The translations under genes were made by a program, and so were the position numbers. Of a DNA stretch of 64,000 bases, positions 38,704 to 49,318 are shown piece by piece. Below the pieces are notes generated by a model. The model made no database searches. It saw only the letters and a list, made by a program, of their open reading frames with translations, and was not told the origin of the DNA. The stretch lies in assembly GCA_014905635.1 (NCBI GenBank), contig JABVCE010000046.1:1-64000 (forward strand), read 5' to 3'. Origin of the DNA: Scenedesmus sp. PABB004. Taxonomy: Eukaryota. The first letter of the stretch is position 1, and each line of letters opens with the position of its first letter.

Positions 38704-39094
38704 GCTGGGCCGCCCGCCGCCGCTCGAGCGCGCGGCAGCACCGCCGCGCGGCGCGCGGCTCAGCCGGCCGCGGCGGCGACGCCCCAGCGCTGCCGGAGCC
38801 GCTGCCCGCGCACAGGATCGGTGCGGCCCCGGCGATGGGCTGGCGATGTTGGGGGCTCGCCGCGCGCGGCGTGCCGGCGCTGTTACGCGCGCTTCAGCGG
38901 CGCGCGCCGCCGTCGTCGGCGTTCGCCGGCGGGGCAGCCCGGAGCACCCGCACTCCCCGGGATCACCGGCGCGCGCTGCAGCGCGAGCTGTCGCGCAGCA
39001 GCTCAAATAGCCAGCCCGCCTCGCCCGCCCGCCAGCGGCCCCGGGGCCCCGTTTTCCTTTGCCCCGCCGGTCGCCGCAGCTCCGCTCGTGCGCC

Positions 39095-41182
39095 ATGGCC
39101 AGCGACAGCGACGACAGCGACTTCCCGAGCGACCTGGACGACATCCCGCTCGTCCTCGACGACGAGAGCGCCTCCGAGGCCGGCGGGCCCCGCTCCGCCC
39201 GCTCCCTGTCCGGCTCGGACGCGGGGTCGTGCGCGGGCAGCAGCGCCAGCAGCGCCGGCGCGTCGCCGCGCTCGGCGCGGTCGAGCGAGGGCGGGCGCTG
39301 CTCGCCGCGCGCCGCCGGCGAGCGCGCGGCGGCGCCCGACGGCGGCGCCGCGCCGCCGCCGGTCGTGCCGGAGGCGGCGGCAGGCGCGCCACAGCAGGCC
39401 TCTGCAGGAGCGCCCGCGCCGCCGCCGCTCGACCGAGGCGCCGCCGCCGCGCGGGGCGGCGCCGGCCCTGGGCTCGGCCTCGCGCTCGGCGGCCTCGCCG
39501 GGCGCGACGGCCCCGTCGCCGCCAGCGCCACCGCCGCGCAGCAGCAGCAGCAGCCCGCGCTGGCGCCGGGCGGCCCGCCCCAGCAGCCGCCCCAGCAGCA
39601 GCAGCAGCGCCGGGGCGCCGCGGCGCCCCGCAAGGCGCCGCCGGCGCCGCTCGGCCGCCTGCCGCTGCACGCAGACGGCGGCGGCGGCGGCGGCGAGCGG
39701 CCGGGCGTGGGGCCCGGCGGCGCGGCCGCGCCGCCGCGGCCAGGCGCGCCACGCGTGCCGGGGCTGGCGCTGGGCGGCGCGGCGGGCGGCGGCGCGGGCA
39801 ACGCGCGGGGCAAGCCGCCACCACTGGCGCTCCTCAACGCGGCGAGCTCCTCCCCCGCGGGCAGCCCCTCGGCGTCGGGCCGCGGCCGCAGCGGCGCCGG
39901 CGGCGCGGGCGCGCCGCCGCCGGCGCCGCCGGGCGGCTGGGCTGGCCTCGCGGCGGCGGGGCTGGCCGGCGCGGGCGCGGGCGAGCCTCGCCAGCTGGTG
40001 CGCGTGCAGCTGCTGCTGCCGGCCGTGGACGTGTGGCTGCCGGTGCAGCAGCAGCAGGCCAGCAGCGGCGGCGGCAGCAGCTCGGGCGGCGCGGCGCAGC
40101 TGTTCAAGCGCAGCGGCAGCAAGCTGTCGCGCTCGAGCAGCGCCGGCGGCCGCGGCGGCGACGACGCGGCGCAGGCGGCGGCGCCGGCGTCGCCGGCTGT
40201 GGCGGCGGCGGACGCGCTGCAGGCGGCGCTGAGTGGCGCGCTGGGCGTGGACGGCGGCGCGCTGTCGTTTTACGCGCTCACCCCGGCGCCGCTGCCGGAG
40301 CTGCTGCAGCCGCAGCAGCAGCCGCAGCAGCCGGCGGCGGCGGCGCGCGGCTCGCCCGCGCGGCAGCCGGGCGCACGCGCGCCCGCGGCAGCGGCGGCGG
40401 CGGGGCAGCAGCAGCAGCCGCCCGGCGGCGACGCGGTGACGCTCGGCGTCGCGGTGGGCGGCTGCGGCTTCAGCATGGCGGCGCTGGAGGAGGTGCTGCG
40501 CGCGGCCGAGGCGCAGCGCGAGGCGGCCGAGGCGGCGCGGGCCGAGGCCAAGGCGCTGGGCGAGGAGCTCATACGGGCCCGCCTCGCCGCCGCGGAGCGC
40601 GGCGCCGACGCGGCGCGCCTCGGCGCGGCGCAGGCCGCCGCGGCGCGCGAGCTCGAGCAGGCCAGGTGCGATGGGCGGCGCGCGCGCGCCCGCGCCGCGC
40701 CGGGGGCTCGCTCCGCCCCTGCGCGCGCCGCACACGCTCACTGACCCTCCCCGCCCCCGCCCGCCCGCCCGCCAGGGCCGCGCTCGCGGACGAGCGCGCG
40801 CGCGTCGCGTCGCTGCAGGCGGAGCTGGGCGAGGCGGGCGCCGCGGTGCTGCGGCTAAAGGCAGACTACGACGCGGTCAAGGCCGCAGGCGGCGGCTGCG
40901 GCGGCGGCAGCGGCGGCGGCGCGAGCAGCGCGCGCCGCCGCGGCTCGCCCCCGCGCCCGCGGCGGCGGCGGGGGCCGGCGGCGCGCGCGGCGGTGCGGAC
41001 GCGGGCAGCACGGACCGGGGCGCGGGCGCGGCCGCCGCGGTCGCGGGCGCGCCGGGCGGCGCCGGCGCGGCGGGCGCGGCGGGCGCGCTCGTGTCGCTGC
41101 TGGAAAACCCCGGCTACGCGTCGGTGCTGTCGAGGTGCGCGCGCCGGCTGCGACGGGGCGAAGCCGGCCGAGCCTCTGAACC

Positions 41183-41216
<34 letters not shown>

Positions 41217-41756
41217 CTCACGCACACGCGCACCACTCACACGCACACACGCCCACGCCCGACACTGCGCAGGCTGAGCCAGCCGGGGGTGATGGACGGT
41301 GTGAGCCGCCTGCTCGCCGTGGTGGAGGCCATGCCTGCCTTCTTCGGCGACGCGCCGCCACCGCCCGGCGGCGCCGGTGGTGCCAGCGGGGGCGGCGCGG
41401 CGGACGCGGCGGGGGCCGTGCCAAACACGGCTGCGGCGGCGGCGGCGCCGGAGCAGGCGGCCGAGGTGGCGGTGGCGGGCGCGGCGGCGCCGGGGCGCGC
41501 GGCGACGCCCGCGCCGCGGCCGCCGACGCCGCTGAGCGCGCGCGGGTGCAGCACGCCGCGCGACCCCGCTGCGCTCGCGGCGGCGGCCGCGGCCGCGGCC
41601 GCCGCGGTGGGCGGCAGCAGCGGCGCGCTCACCGCGCGCGGGCGGCGCGGCAGCAGCCGCTCGACTCCCCGTGCGGCCGGCGCGGCCTCGCCGGCGCTGT
41701 GCCGGCCGCTCAGCGAGGGCACGGGCACGCCGCGCCCGCCGCAGCCGGCGGTGTGA
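39095..41756 (+). CDS. Hypothetical protein with acidic N-terminus and central coiled coil
   Basis: GCCATGG start reading MASDSDDSDFPSDLDDIPLVLDDE. Heptad-like LEEVLRAAEAQREAAEAARAEAKALGEEL...RELEQAR|AALADERARVASLQAEL. GT-AG introns at about 40666 and 41134, stop at 41756. Confidence 0.6.
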
Positions 41757-42067
41757 CTGTGTGGGAGGCGCTGGCGCGCCCAACAACAGGGCTGTTGCTG
41801 GACGCTGCGGGTGAAGGGAGTGGGGGTGGGGCCGGCACTGCTCTGGGCTCGGCGCTGCGCGGGCGGCGGCGCCCCTTGTTACGAGCCTCTCGCCTGTTGC
41901 TTGTTCAGCCCCGGCCGCTGCCGCGGAACACCAGAGTGCAGTCCCCGCCGCCCTCCCCGGCCCGCGCGCGCTCGCTGCGCGCCGCAGCCGTGCACACACA
42001 GCCGTCGCGCGCGATCAAGCGCCAGGCGCCACACGCGCGCGCGCCGCCGCGCCGGCCGCCGCGCCGG

Positions 42068-44452
42068 CTAGCGCCGCTGCCCGCCGTGGCCGTGCCCACC
42101 GTGGCTGCCGCTGCCGCCGCCGCTGCCGCTGCTGCGCTTGCCGCTGCGCTGCGCGCTGCTGCCGGCGCCGCTGGCGCCGCGGCGCGCGGCGGCCTGCTGC
42201 TGCTGCTGCTGCCGCACGCGCCGCGATGCCGCCAGCAGCGCCGCCTCCTCCTCGCGCCGCGCCGCGGCCGCCTCCTCGTCCTCCTGCGCGCGTGCACGCG
42301 TGCGCGCGCGCCGGGCGGCGGCGGGGCCCCGGACGTCGGTCAACGCGCCGTGCGGTCAAAGTGACACAGAAAGTAACAGAATAACAACCCCCGCCCGCCG
42401 CCGCCCGCACCTCGCCGCCGTCCTCGTACTCCTCCATCACCATCTTCTCCAGGCCGATGAGGAACTCCTGCGGGGCGCGCCGAGGCCAGGGGGGCGCGGC
42501 GGGCGCGCGGGCGGGGCGGTCGGCTCTGGCTTGCGCGCCGGTGTCAGCGTGCCGCGTGCCGCGTGCCGCGTGCCGCGTGCCGCGTGCCGCGTGCCGCGTG
42601 CCGCGTGCCGCGTGCCGCGTGCCGCGTGCCGCGTGCCGCGTGCCGCGTGCCGCGTGCCGCGTGCCGCGTGCCGCGGGGGCCGCGGCCGCGCCTTGAAGCT
42701 GATGCCGCCGCTGCCGTCAAAGTCGAGCTGCGCAAAGAGCTTCTCGCTCAGCTCACGCGTCGCGCTGCGGCGCGCCGCGCGCAGTCGCCGGCGGGCGGCG
42801 GGGCAGGGGTCGGCACGGTGGTGCACCGCCTCCGCCCCGAGCCCGCGCGCCGCGCGCCCGGTCCCAAGCTGCGCCCCCGGTCCCCCGCGCGCGCGCACCG
42901 CCCGGGCGTGGAGTTGGTGCAGAGCGCGGCCTCGACCTCGGTGCGCTCCAGGTAGCCGTCAGCGCTCGCGTCAAAGCAGCAGAACGCGTCCTCAACGATC
43001 TCCAGCGTCGTGCTGCGCCCGCCGAGGTCGGCGAGGCCAGCGGGTGGTGGTGGTGTGCGTGTGTGTGTGTGTGTTGGGGGGGGGGGGGGCGGCGTGGGGC
43101 CGGCGGAGGGAGCAAGCAGCGCGCGGCGGCGTGCTCGCCGCCCAGTGCGGTGCGGCGGCGCAGCGCGAGGCCGCGCACGTGATCTCCGGGGGCAGCGCCG
43201 CCGCGCGCTCGGGGGAGAGCAGGTGGACGACGACAAAGACGAGCACAAACTCAAACACGTCTGGAGGACCGGGGTTTTAGGGGGGACGAGGGCGCGGGGT
43301 TCAGGGCGGGTGGCGGCAGGTCAGCGCGTCGGCGCAGCGGGCGAAGGGAGGACCCCCGGCGCCGCAGCGAACGCGGCGCGCGCAGGCAGCGCGCGCGGCG
43401 CGCGCTGTGCCCCCGCCCCGCGACGCAGCCGCGCCCCCTTCTCCCCTCCCTGCAGCGCGCACCGATCTCCATGGAGTGGTCGATGTCTGCCGCGTCAAAC
43501 ACGTTGCGCAGGTCCTCCAAGTCCATCGAAAGGCCCAGCTTGTGCGCCTGCGGGGACCGCGCGCGGCGGCGGCGGACCCGGAGCGGATCGCGCGGGTTTC
43601 TGCTCGCGCCGCCGCGCAGCGCGCGTTCTGCGCCCGCGGGCCCCCCTGCACTGCGGCCCGTGCCGGCGCCCGCCCGAGCCACACAACCCTGGAGGCCCCC
43701 AGGCCCTGAACCCTGAGCCCTCCTCGCCTGGCTGGTGAACTCGCGCATGTCGATCACGCGGTCGCCGTTGAGGTCGAGCATGTCAAAGTAAGAGCGGGCC
43801 TGGCGGGGTTTAGGGGTTGATGGGTGAAGGGGTTTAGGGTTTAGGGATGAGAAGGGCTTTGAGAGGGTTAGGGCTGCATCTGGGGCAGAGGCGCGCGGGC
43901 GCAGCGCGAGCGTCGCGCGTGGCGCAGCGCGCGAGCGGCGCGCGCGCCGGCGTGCGCGCACCTTGCGGAAGCCCGCCGCCATCTGCGGCGGCGCGGGGCG
44001 GTGCGCGGTGGCAGGGCGGCACGGCGGTGGGCATCGCACCGTCCGCGCGTGGCGGCGGCGGGTGTTCGCGGATCGGGGGCGTGGGGCGGGGGCTGCGCGG
44101 CCGCGCCCGCCGCCCGCGGCGCAGGCGCCGGCACTGCGGCGACCGTGCCGCCGGCACCGCAGGCAAGCAAGCCGCGTGCTCGCTCGCCCGCTGGCGCGCG
44201 CGCCGGTCAAGGCCGGAGCAGCGCCGGCACCGCCGCGCTGCGCGCTGGCGCCGCCGCCGCCTGCCGCTGGCCCTGGCTCGCGCCGGGCGCGGTGGGGGCC
44301 CCTTCTGTCGCCCCGGGCCGCGCCTTTGGGAACTTGAGGAGCAGCTCGTTGAAGGTCAAGTGCTGCAGGTTGCGCCGCTTCTTGGCCTCGATGAGCGCCT
44401 GCAGCAGCGCGGCGTCGATGGGGTTGACCCCCCGCGACGCGGCGCAGCCCAT
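42068..44452 (-). CDS. Calmodulin-like four-EF-hand protein, CML21/CML22-like, 9 exons, N-terminal MGC acylation motif
   Basis: MGCAASR...TFNELLLKFPK|MAAGFRK|ARSYFDMLDLNGDRVIDMREF, then DIDHSMEIDVFEF, DASADGYLERTE and DFDGSGGISFKEF. The FNxxxLKFPK motif is as in plant CML21. Confidence 0.88.
42547..42675. repeat. Perfect 7-bp tandem repeat (GCCGCGT), about 18 copies, in CML intron 7
   Basis: Directly visible. Confidence 0.97.
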
Positions 44453-44844
44453 GGCGCCGCGAGCAGCAGCGTGCGGCGAGCGGCGAGGAGGCTGCGGCGA
44501 GCGGGCGGCGCAGGCGAGCGCGGCAGGCGAGCGCGGGCGAGTGTGGGCGCGCGTGCTGGTGCGCCGGACACACCACAGCTCTCGTCTCGTCTTTTTGCCT
44601 GCCCGGTCTCGCCCGGGCGAGGCGACGGCGCCCGGCGCGGGAGCCGAGCGGGCGGGGCGCAGCGGCGCCTCCCGGCCGCGGCGCGGCCAGCGCCATGGCC
44701 CCCGCCAGCCTCCTGCCGGTCCGGGAGAGCGAGCGCGTGGTACTGATGCTGCTTCGCGCCAGCCCCTCTTCGCTCGCTGCGCGGCCCTCGCCGCGCCAGC
44801 GCCGCCGCTGCTCGCGCCGCGCCGCGCCTCCTGCCGCCGCCGCC

Positions 44845-46278
44845 ATGGCCGACGGCGGCGCCGACGCGGTGTGGGCGTCTCTGACGGAGGTGGAGCGCAC
44901 CGGCCTGCACGTGCGGCGCCGCCGCTGCCGCGCAGGCGGCGCTGCCGCTGCCGAGCGCGCGCACTCACTCCCAGCCAACACCGCGCCGCCACGCCGCCGC
45001 CGCCGCCGCCGCCACGCCGCCGCGCCGCCGCCACGCCGCAGGTGGCGCTGATGCGGTGGGACGGCGCGCGCGCGCACGGCTGGTACGACGACCCGCTGGG
45101 CGGCGCGGTCGTGGCCGCCTGCATCCCCGCCGCGGAGCAGGCCGCCATCCGCGCCTGGGCGGCGTCGTCGACGATGGCGCACCTCGTCGCCGTGCGCACG
45201 GCGGAGCTGGACGCGCAGCTCGCGGCGGCGGCGTGGGGCGAGCAGGCGGGCGGGCCGCAGGCGGCTCACCCAGGGCCGACGCAGGAGCAGCCGCAGGAGC
45301 AGCCGCAGGGGCAGCAGCAGGGGCAGCTGCCTGCGGTCCGGCAGCTGGTGATCCTGGGTGCGTGCGGCGACGGGCGGGCGGCCGCGCCGCGCGCCGCGCG
45401 CCTCCCCGCGCCGGCCGCCCAGCCCGCGCGCCGCCGCCCGCGCCAGGCGCCGGCTCCGACACGCGCGCGTGGCGGCTGCGCTGGCCGCCCGGCTTTGCTG
45501 TGTTTGAGGTCGACTCCCCGGCCGTGCTGGGCCTCAAGCGCCGCGTGCTGGCCGCGGCCGCCGACGCGGCCGCCGCGCGGCCGGGGGCGCGGCGCTGCCG
45601 GCGCTGCAGTGCGCCCGCCGCGCCGAGGTGGTCGCGGACGCCGGCGAGCCCGAGGGTGCGCGCGGCGCGGCGCGCGCGGCGCCGCGCCGGCCGGCCACCC
45701 CTCACGCCGCGCCGGGCGGCGCCGCCGCAGAGCTGTGGGCGCGGCTGCTCGCGGCGGGGCTGGACGCGGGCGCGCCCACGGCGTGGCTCATGGAGGGTTT
45801 CATTGGTGCGTGGCCGCCCGCGCAGCGGCGCAGCTGCCCGGCCCGCCCGCCCGCCCACCCGCCCGTGCGTCCGGCTGCGAGCCCGCGCGGCGAGCCTGCC
45901 GGCGGCGCGGCGCTCGCGGACGCCGGGCAGCTCCCCGAGGGACCTCTGACCGCGAGCGCGCCGCCCCTGCCGCCCGGCCGCCCAGGCTACTTGACGCGCG
46001 ACGCCGGCAGCGCCCTGCTGGCCGCGCTCGCGCGCCGCAGCGCCCCGGGCAGCCGCCTGCTCGCAACGGCGCCGCCGAGCGCGGCGCACCGGGCCGAGGC
46101 CGACGGCGCGGCCGGCTCGGCGGGGCCGCGGCTGCGCCACTCGACGTTTGAGGAGGCCGAGGAGACGCTGGCACGTGTCGCCGCGGCGGGGTGGGACGTG
46201 CGGCTGCTGACCTCGGCCGCGCTGGGCGCCAAGTACGGCGTGTCCGGGGCGCAGGCGATCCTGGTCGGGCACGTGTGA
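44845..46278 (+). CDS. SAM-dependent methyltransferase, leucine-carboxyl-methyltransferase (LCM) family
   Basis: Motifs YDDPLG, VAVRTAELDAQL, RQLVILG|AGSDTRAWRL, VFEVDSPAVLGLKRRVL, LLAAGLDAGAPTAWLMEGFIG|YLT and SAPGSRL. Confidence 0.88.
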
Positions 46279-46709
46279 CGAGCGCCGTGAGCAGGGCCTG
46301 GCGGCGGTTCAGCCCGCACGGCGCCTGGGGGCGCCGCGCCCGCTGCGGTGACCACCACGCTGCGGCACGGCCCCATAGCTCGTCAGCCGGCGGCAGCCCA
46401 CGCGCGCGGCGCCGCTCGCCGGCGGCAGCAGCAGCAGCGCCCGCGTGCGCATCCGCCCCGCGCCGCCGCAGCGCCCGCAGCCGCTGCCGCCCAGCGACCG
46501 TCCCTGCAAGCGCGCCTGTTGCTGCCCGCCACCGCCTTGGGGCCGGACGCGCAGCGGGGAGGCGGCCAGGCCGCGGCGCGGGCCAGCAGCGGCGCGGCGC
46601 GCCCTCCGGCCCGCCTGGCCGATGGCGCAGCGCCCGTGAGCAGTCTGGGCGTTTTTCGCATTCAGGGCACACGCAGCACCGCGTCAGGCAGCCCCGCGGC
46701 GCCAGCGGC

Positions 46710-49202
46710 ATGCGGGCGCTGCGTTGCTGCAGCGGCGGCGTCGGCCCGGCGGCGGGGCAGGCGGGCGGCGGCGGCTGGCCGCGTGGCGGCCCCGTGGCGG
46801 CGGCGGCACCGGGGGGTTGTGGGGGCCGCGCGGAGCTCATGCGCCGCCAGCCGTGCTGTCCGCTGCACGCCGGCCAGCGCGCGAGCAGCGCCTGTGCGCT
46901 GTGGCCGCCGCCGGCGCCCCCGCGTGTGCCCTGGGTGTGCGCCGCGGCTGCTGCTGGCGGCAGCGAGCTCAGCAGCGGCGGCGGCAGCAGCAGCAGCACG
47001 GGCCGGGGGCGGCAGCCGGTGGGGGCGGCCGCGGCGACGGCGGCAGCGCGCCCGCCGGCGGCAGCCCGAGCCCCGCGCGAGGCAGGGGGCAGCGGCGGCA
47101 GGAGGGCGTTCGGCCCGCACGCGGCGGCGGCGGCAACGGCGGCAGGGGCAGCGGCCCGGGCTGGCAGCGAGGGGCGGCGCCCGGCGGCGGCAAGGTGCGC
47201 CGTCGCGCGCAGGGGCGGCCGGTGTGCCGCAGCCTTCAGCACGGCCAGCCCTGGCCCTGACGCTGCACGGGCTCGCCCTGGCCCTGACGCTGCGGCCCTC
47301 GCCCACCGGCAGGGCCGTGACGCGCTCATGACGGCCATCAAGGCGGCAGCCTCCCTGGCCGAGCTGCGGCAGCTGGTGGAGCAGCACCTGCACAGCCCGG
47401 AAATGAAGCGCCAGCACCTGGCGGCAGCAGCATCGCAGCTGGGCCAGTGGGCGCGGCGCGGCGCCGTCCGCACCGCCGGCGACCAGGCCGCGGCGCAGCA
47501 GCTGCTGCGGCGCGTGGAGGAGCAGCTGCTGCAGCCGCGCATCCTCGACGCGTGTCGCTGCCGGCAGTTGTCCAACGTGGTGTGGGCGGCCGGCGTGTGC
47601 GGCTACCGCGGGCCGCTGCTCACGGCCTGCCTGGCGCGGCTCCTGGCCCCTGAGCAGCTGCGCGGCGCCAATGCCCAGGACCTGGCCAACGCGGCGTACG
47701 GCGCGGCCACGGCTGGCGTGGCGCTGCAGTCGGGCGACGTGCGGCGGCTGGTCGCGGCGTTTGCGGCGCAGCTGCCGGCGGCCAGCCCCCAGGCGGTGTC
47801 CAACACGCTGTGGGCGGTGGCAGTGCTGAGCGAAGCGCCGGCGGAGGAGCTGGAGCAGCTGCGGCCGCAGCTGGAGGAGCTGCTCGCGGCGCTGGCGCGG
47901 CACGCAGCGCTGCTGCCGCAGGACGTGTCCAACGCCCTGCTGGCGGCGGCCAAGCTGGGCCTGGCGGTGCCGGCGGCGCAGCTGGAGCAGCTGGCCGCGG
48001 CGCTGGTGCGGCAGCTGGGTGCGGCCACGCCCCAGGCGGTGGCCAACACGCTGTGGGCGTGCGGGCAGCTGCGCCACCTGCCGTCCCAGCTGCTTGCGGC
48101 ACTGACGCGGCAGCCGGCTCAGCTGGGGCGGCTGCTGGCGGCCAGCAAACCGCAAGACCTTGCCATCATGGCCCTGGCGTGCGCCAAGCTGGGCCACGCG
48201 GACGAGCGGCTGCTGGGCCCGCTGCTGCGGCGGGCGGCGGCGCAGGTGCACACGGGCGCCAGCTGGCCGGAGCAGGAGTTGGCGAACACCTGCTGGGCTG
48301 TGGCGGTGCTGGACCTGCGGCAGTGTGCCAGCGAGCTGGCGGTGCTGGCGCGCGCTGCGAGCGAGCAGTGGGGCGGCGGCATGGCACCTGAGAGTCTGTG
48401 CCAGCTGCACCAAGTGCAGCTGTGGGCGACGGACTGCGGCCTGCAGCTGCCGGGCGGCGCCGGGGCGCCAGGGCTGGCGGGCGCGCTGGCGCCGCAGCAG
48501 CTGGAGGCCTGCCGCACAGCGTGGGCCGCGTCGCTGGCGGCGAGGCAAGAGCAGCAGCCAACCTCTCAACTGCAGCGCGAGGTGTTTGCCGCGCTGCAGC
48601 GCCTGCCGCTGGAGTGGGCGGTGCCGCCGGCGATGGAGCAGCTGGCGGCGCCGGACGGCGCGTGCCTGGTCGACATTGCCGCCACGACGGCGGGCGGCGC
48701 GCGGCTGGCGGTGGAGGCGGACGGGCCTGTCCACTTCAGGACCCCCGACGCCGCGCAGACCGGCGACACGCTGTTCAGGTGCGGGCGCTGCCGCAGCGGC
48801 GCTCCGCTGGCCAGCCCCTCACAAGCTGTGGCCCGCTCACGCCCCACCCGCCGCCGCTGCCGCCGCGCGCGCAGGAACCGGGCGCTGGCGGCGCGCGGCT
48901 ACTCGCTGGTCGTGGTGCCCTGGTTTGAGTGGGCGGAGCTGCGCGGCGCGGCGGAGCGGCAGCGCTGGCTGGAGGCCCGCGTGGACGGGGCGCTGCGCGG
49001 CCGGCCGCCCGGCGGGCGGCCAGAAGAACCGCCACCCGCGCGCAAACGGGCGCGGCGGACGCCGAGCGGCGGCGGCGAGCGGCAGGCCGCTGCGGCGGGG
49101 GCGGCAGCGCCCCGTGTTGCCTCGCCCGTGGCCGGGGCTGGCGGCCGGACGCGGCACGTGCGGCTGGCACGTGGGGCCGGCGGCGGCGGCGGCGCCGGGT
49201 GA
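46710..49202 (+). CDS. Octotricopeptide-repeat (OPR)-like protein with C-terminal RAP domain; organellar RNA factor
   Basis: Repeats RQLSNVVWAAG, AQDLANAAYGAA, PQAVSNTLWAVA, PQDVSNALLAAAKLG, PQAVANTLWACGQL and EQELANTCWAVA. RAP domain VDIA...LAVEADGPVHF...R|NRALAARGYSLVVVPWFEW. Intron at 48779-48874. Start codon uncertain. Confidence 0.85.
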   Translation: MRALRCCSGGVGPAAGQAGGGGWPRGGPVAAAAPGGCGGRAELMRRQPCCPLHAGQRASSACALWPPPAPPRVPWVCAAAAAGGSELSSGGGSSSSTGRGRQPVGAAAATAAARPPAAARAPREAGGSGGRRAFGPHAAAAATAAGAAARAGSEGRRPAAARCAVARRGGRCAAAFSTASPGPDAARARPGPDAAALAHRQGRDALMTAIKAAASLAELRQLVEQHLHSPEMKRQHLAAAASQLGQWARRGAVRTAGDQAAAQQLLRRVEEQLLQPRILDACRCRQLSNVVWAAGVCGYRGPLLTACLARLLAPEQLRGANAQDLANAAYGAATAGVALQSGDVRRLVAAFAAQLPAASPQAVSNTLWAVAVLSEAPAEELEQLRPQLEELLAALARHAALLPQDVSNALLAAAKLGLAVPAAQLEQLAAALVRQLGAATPQAVANTLWACGQLRHLPSQLLAALTRQPAQLGRLLAASKPQDLAIMALACAKLGHADERLLGPLLRRAAAQVHTGASWPEQELANTCWAVAVLDLRQCASELAVLARAASEQWGGGMAPESLCQLHQVQLWATDCGLQLPGGAGAPGLAGALAPQQLEACRTAWAASLAARQEQQPTSQLQREVFAALQRLPLEWAVPPAMEQLAAPDGACLVDIAATTAGGARLAVEADGPVHFRTPDAAQTGDTLFRCGRCRSGAPLASPSQAVARSRPTRRRCRRARRNRALAARGYSLVVVPWFEWAELRGAAERQRWLEARVDGALRGRPPGGRPEEPPPARKRARRTPSGGGERQAAAAGAAAPRVASPVAGAGGRTRHVRLARGAGGGGGAG

Positions 49203-49318
49203 CGTCCTCGGCTGACGGCCGAACCGCGCGAGGGCTCGGCGCCACAACCGCCGCGCCCGCCGCCGCCCAGCTGCCCAGCGCCCCGCACGCTCGCCAGCTG
49301 AGAATGTGCGTGCGGAGA

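Noticed and set aside
42547..42675. Tandem arrays here, at 32884-33003 and at 111-258 considered as CRISPR-like
   Set aside because: They have no unique spacers and no cas genes, and they sit in eukaryotic intron or exon context.
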